Assembly: GCF_006345805.1 (NCBI RefSeq)
Contig: NC_043022.1
Span: forward strand, 23,374,001 to 23,438,000
Reading direction: 5' to 3'
DNA length: 64,000 nt
From: Octopus sinensis
Lineage: Eukaryota
The notes under the pieces are model-generated. The model saw nothing but the letters and a program-made list of their open reading frames with translations. It was not told the DNA's origin and ran no database searches. Shown here piece by piece: positions 63,391-64,000 of this stretch. A program made the position numbers and the translations under genes. Every line of letters starts with the position of its first letter. The first letter of the stretch is position 1.

Positions 63391-64000
63391 TATATATATG
63401 GCAAAATGTTTGCATGCGTGTCCTTTATACAAATCCACAATTTTTCAGTTAGAGGGCTCGCACTTTCTACAGTCATTTAAAACAGTCCAACGGTGGTCGT
63501 GCAAATCTTTACATTTCCCCAGTCACCCCGCAAAGCCATTAAAAAATCAATAGAAGTGACTTTTTGTAAATTTTCTATCCAAAACCCAATCAAAATGCCC
63601 GAAACTTGATACGCCAATTGAATGCCAACTAGCTGTATGTGATTGGTCAGAGATTTGGACAGTATCCGTGTGTATGTGTGCAAGCACGCAACTGTATATG
63701 CATGCACTAGCATTATGATCCAGCGTTGCGGGTCATAGTGCTAGTCTCCAATAAAATACTAATTAAGAAAGGGCTGTTCTCCAAAGGAAGTGGAGGTATG
63801 GAAGTCAAGTAGTGTCTCTAGGATGATGTTTTCTATGGAGATGCTAAAAAAAAAACGAGATAGGATATAGTCTTGATGAACTCTGTCTTTTACTCTTTTA
63901 CTTGTTTCAGTCATTTGACTGCGGCCATGCTGGAGCACCGACTTTAGTCGAGCAAATCGACCCCAGGACTTATTCTTTGCAAGCCTAGTACTTATTCTAT

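Overview
AT-rich, repeat-dense animal genomic DNA. The SINE, microsatellite and LINE content points to an octopus or related coleoid cephalopod (inference). There is one 100-N gap at 36569-36668. Most ORFs in the supplied track come from microsatellites, SINEs or decayed transposons. By hand splicing I reconstruct two tandem paralogous 5-exon minus-strand genes that the ORF track does not reveal: gene A (CDS 14037->1859, ~231-248 aa) and gene B (CDS 44647->22895, ~277 aa). All junctions are GT-AG and phase-compatible. Each encodes a disordered N-terminal region and a C-terminal death domain with an Imd-like layout. Gene B carries caspase-site/IAP-binding-motif sequences (DETD|AVPL, SKTD|AVPR) that gene A lacks. 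The window also holds a full-length, ORF-intact Tx1/L1-type LINE (50601-55912) with a 14-bp target-site duplication (TSD), inserted just downstream of a CCAAT/TATA promoter-like sequence. Other elements: a Penelope-type minimal hammerhead ribozyme (37885-37967), Helitron remnants containing minisatellites, piggyBac- and Merlin-like MITEs, remnants of gypsy, RTE, CR1, Penelope, mariner, pogo and Tigger, many SINEs and several long hairpins. All alignments and counts were done by eye; no database searches were run.
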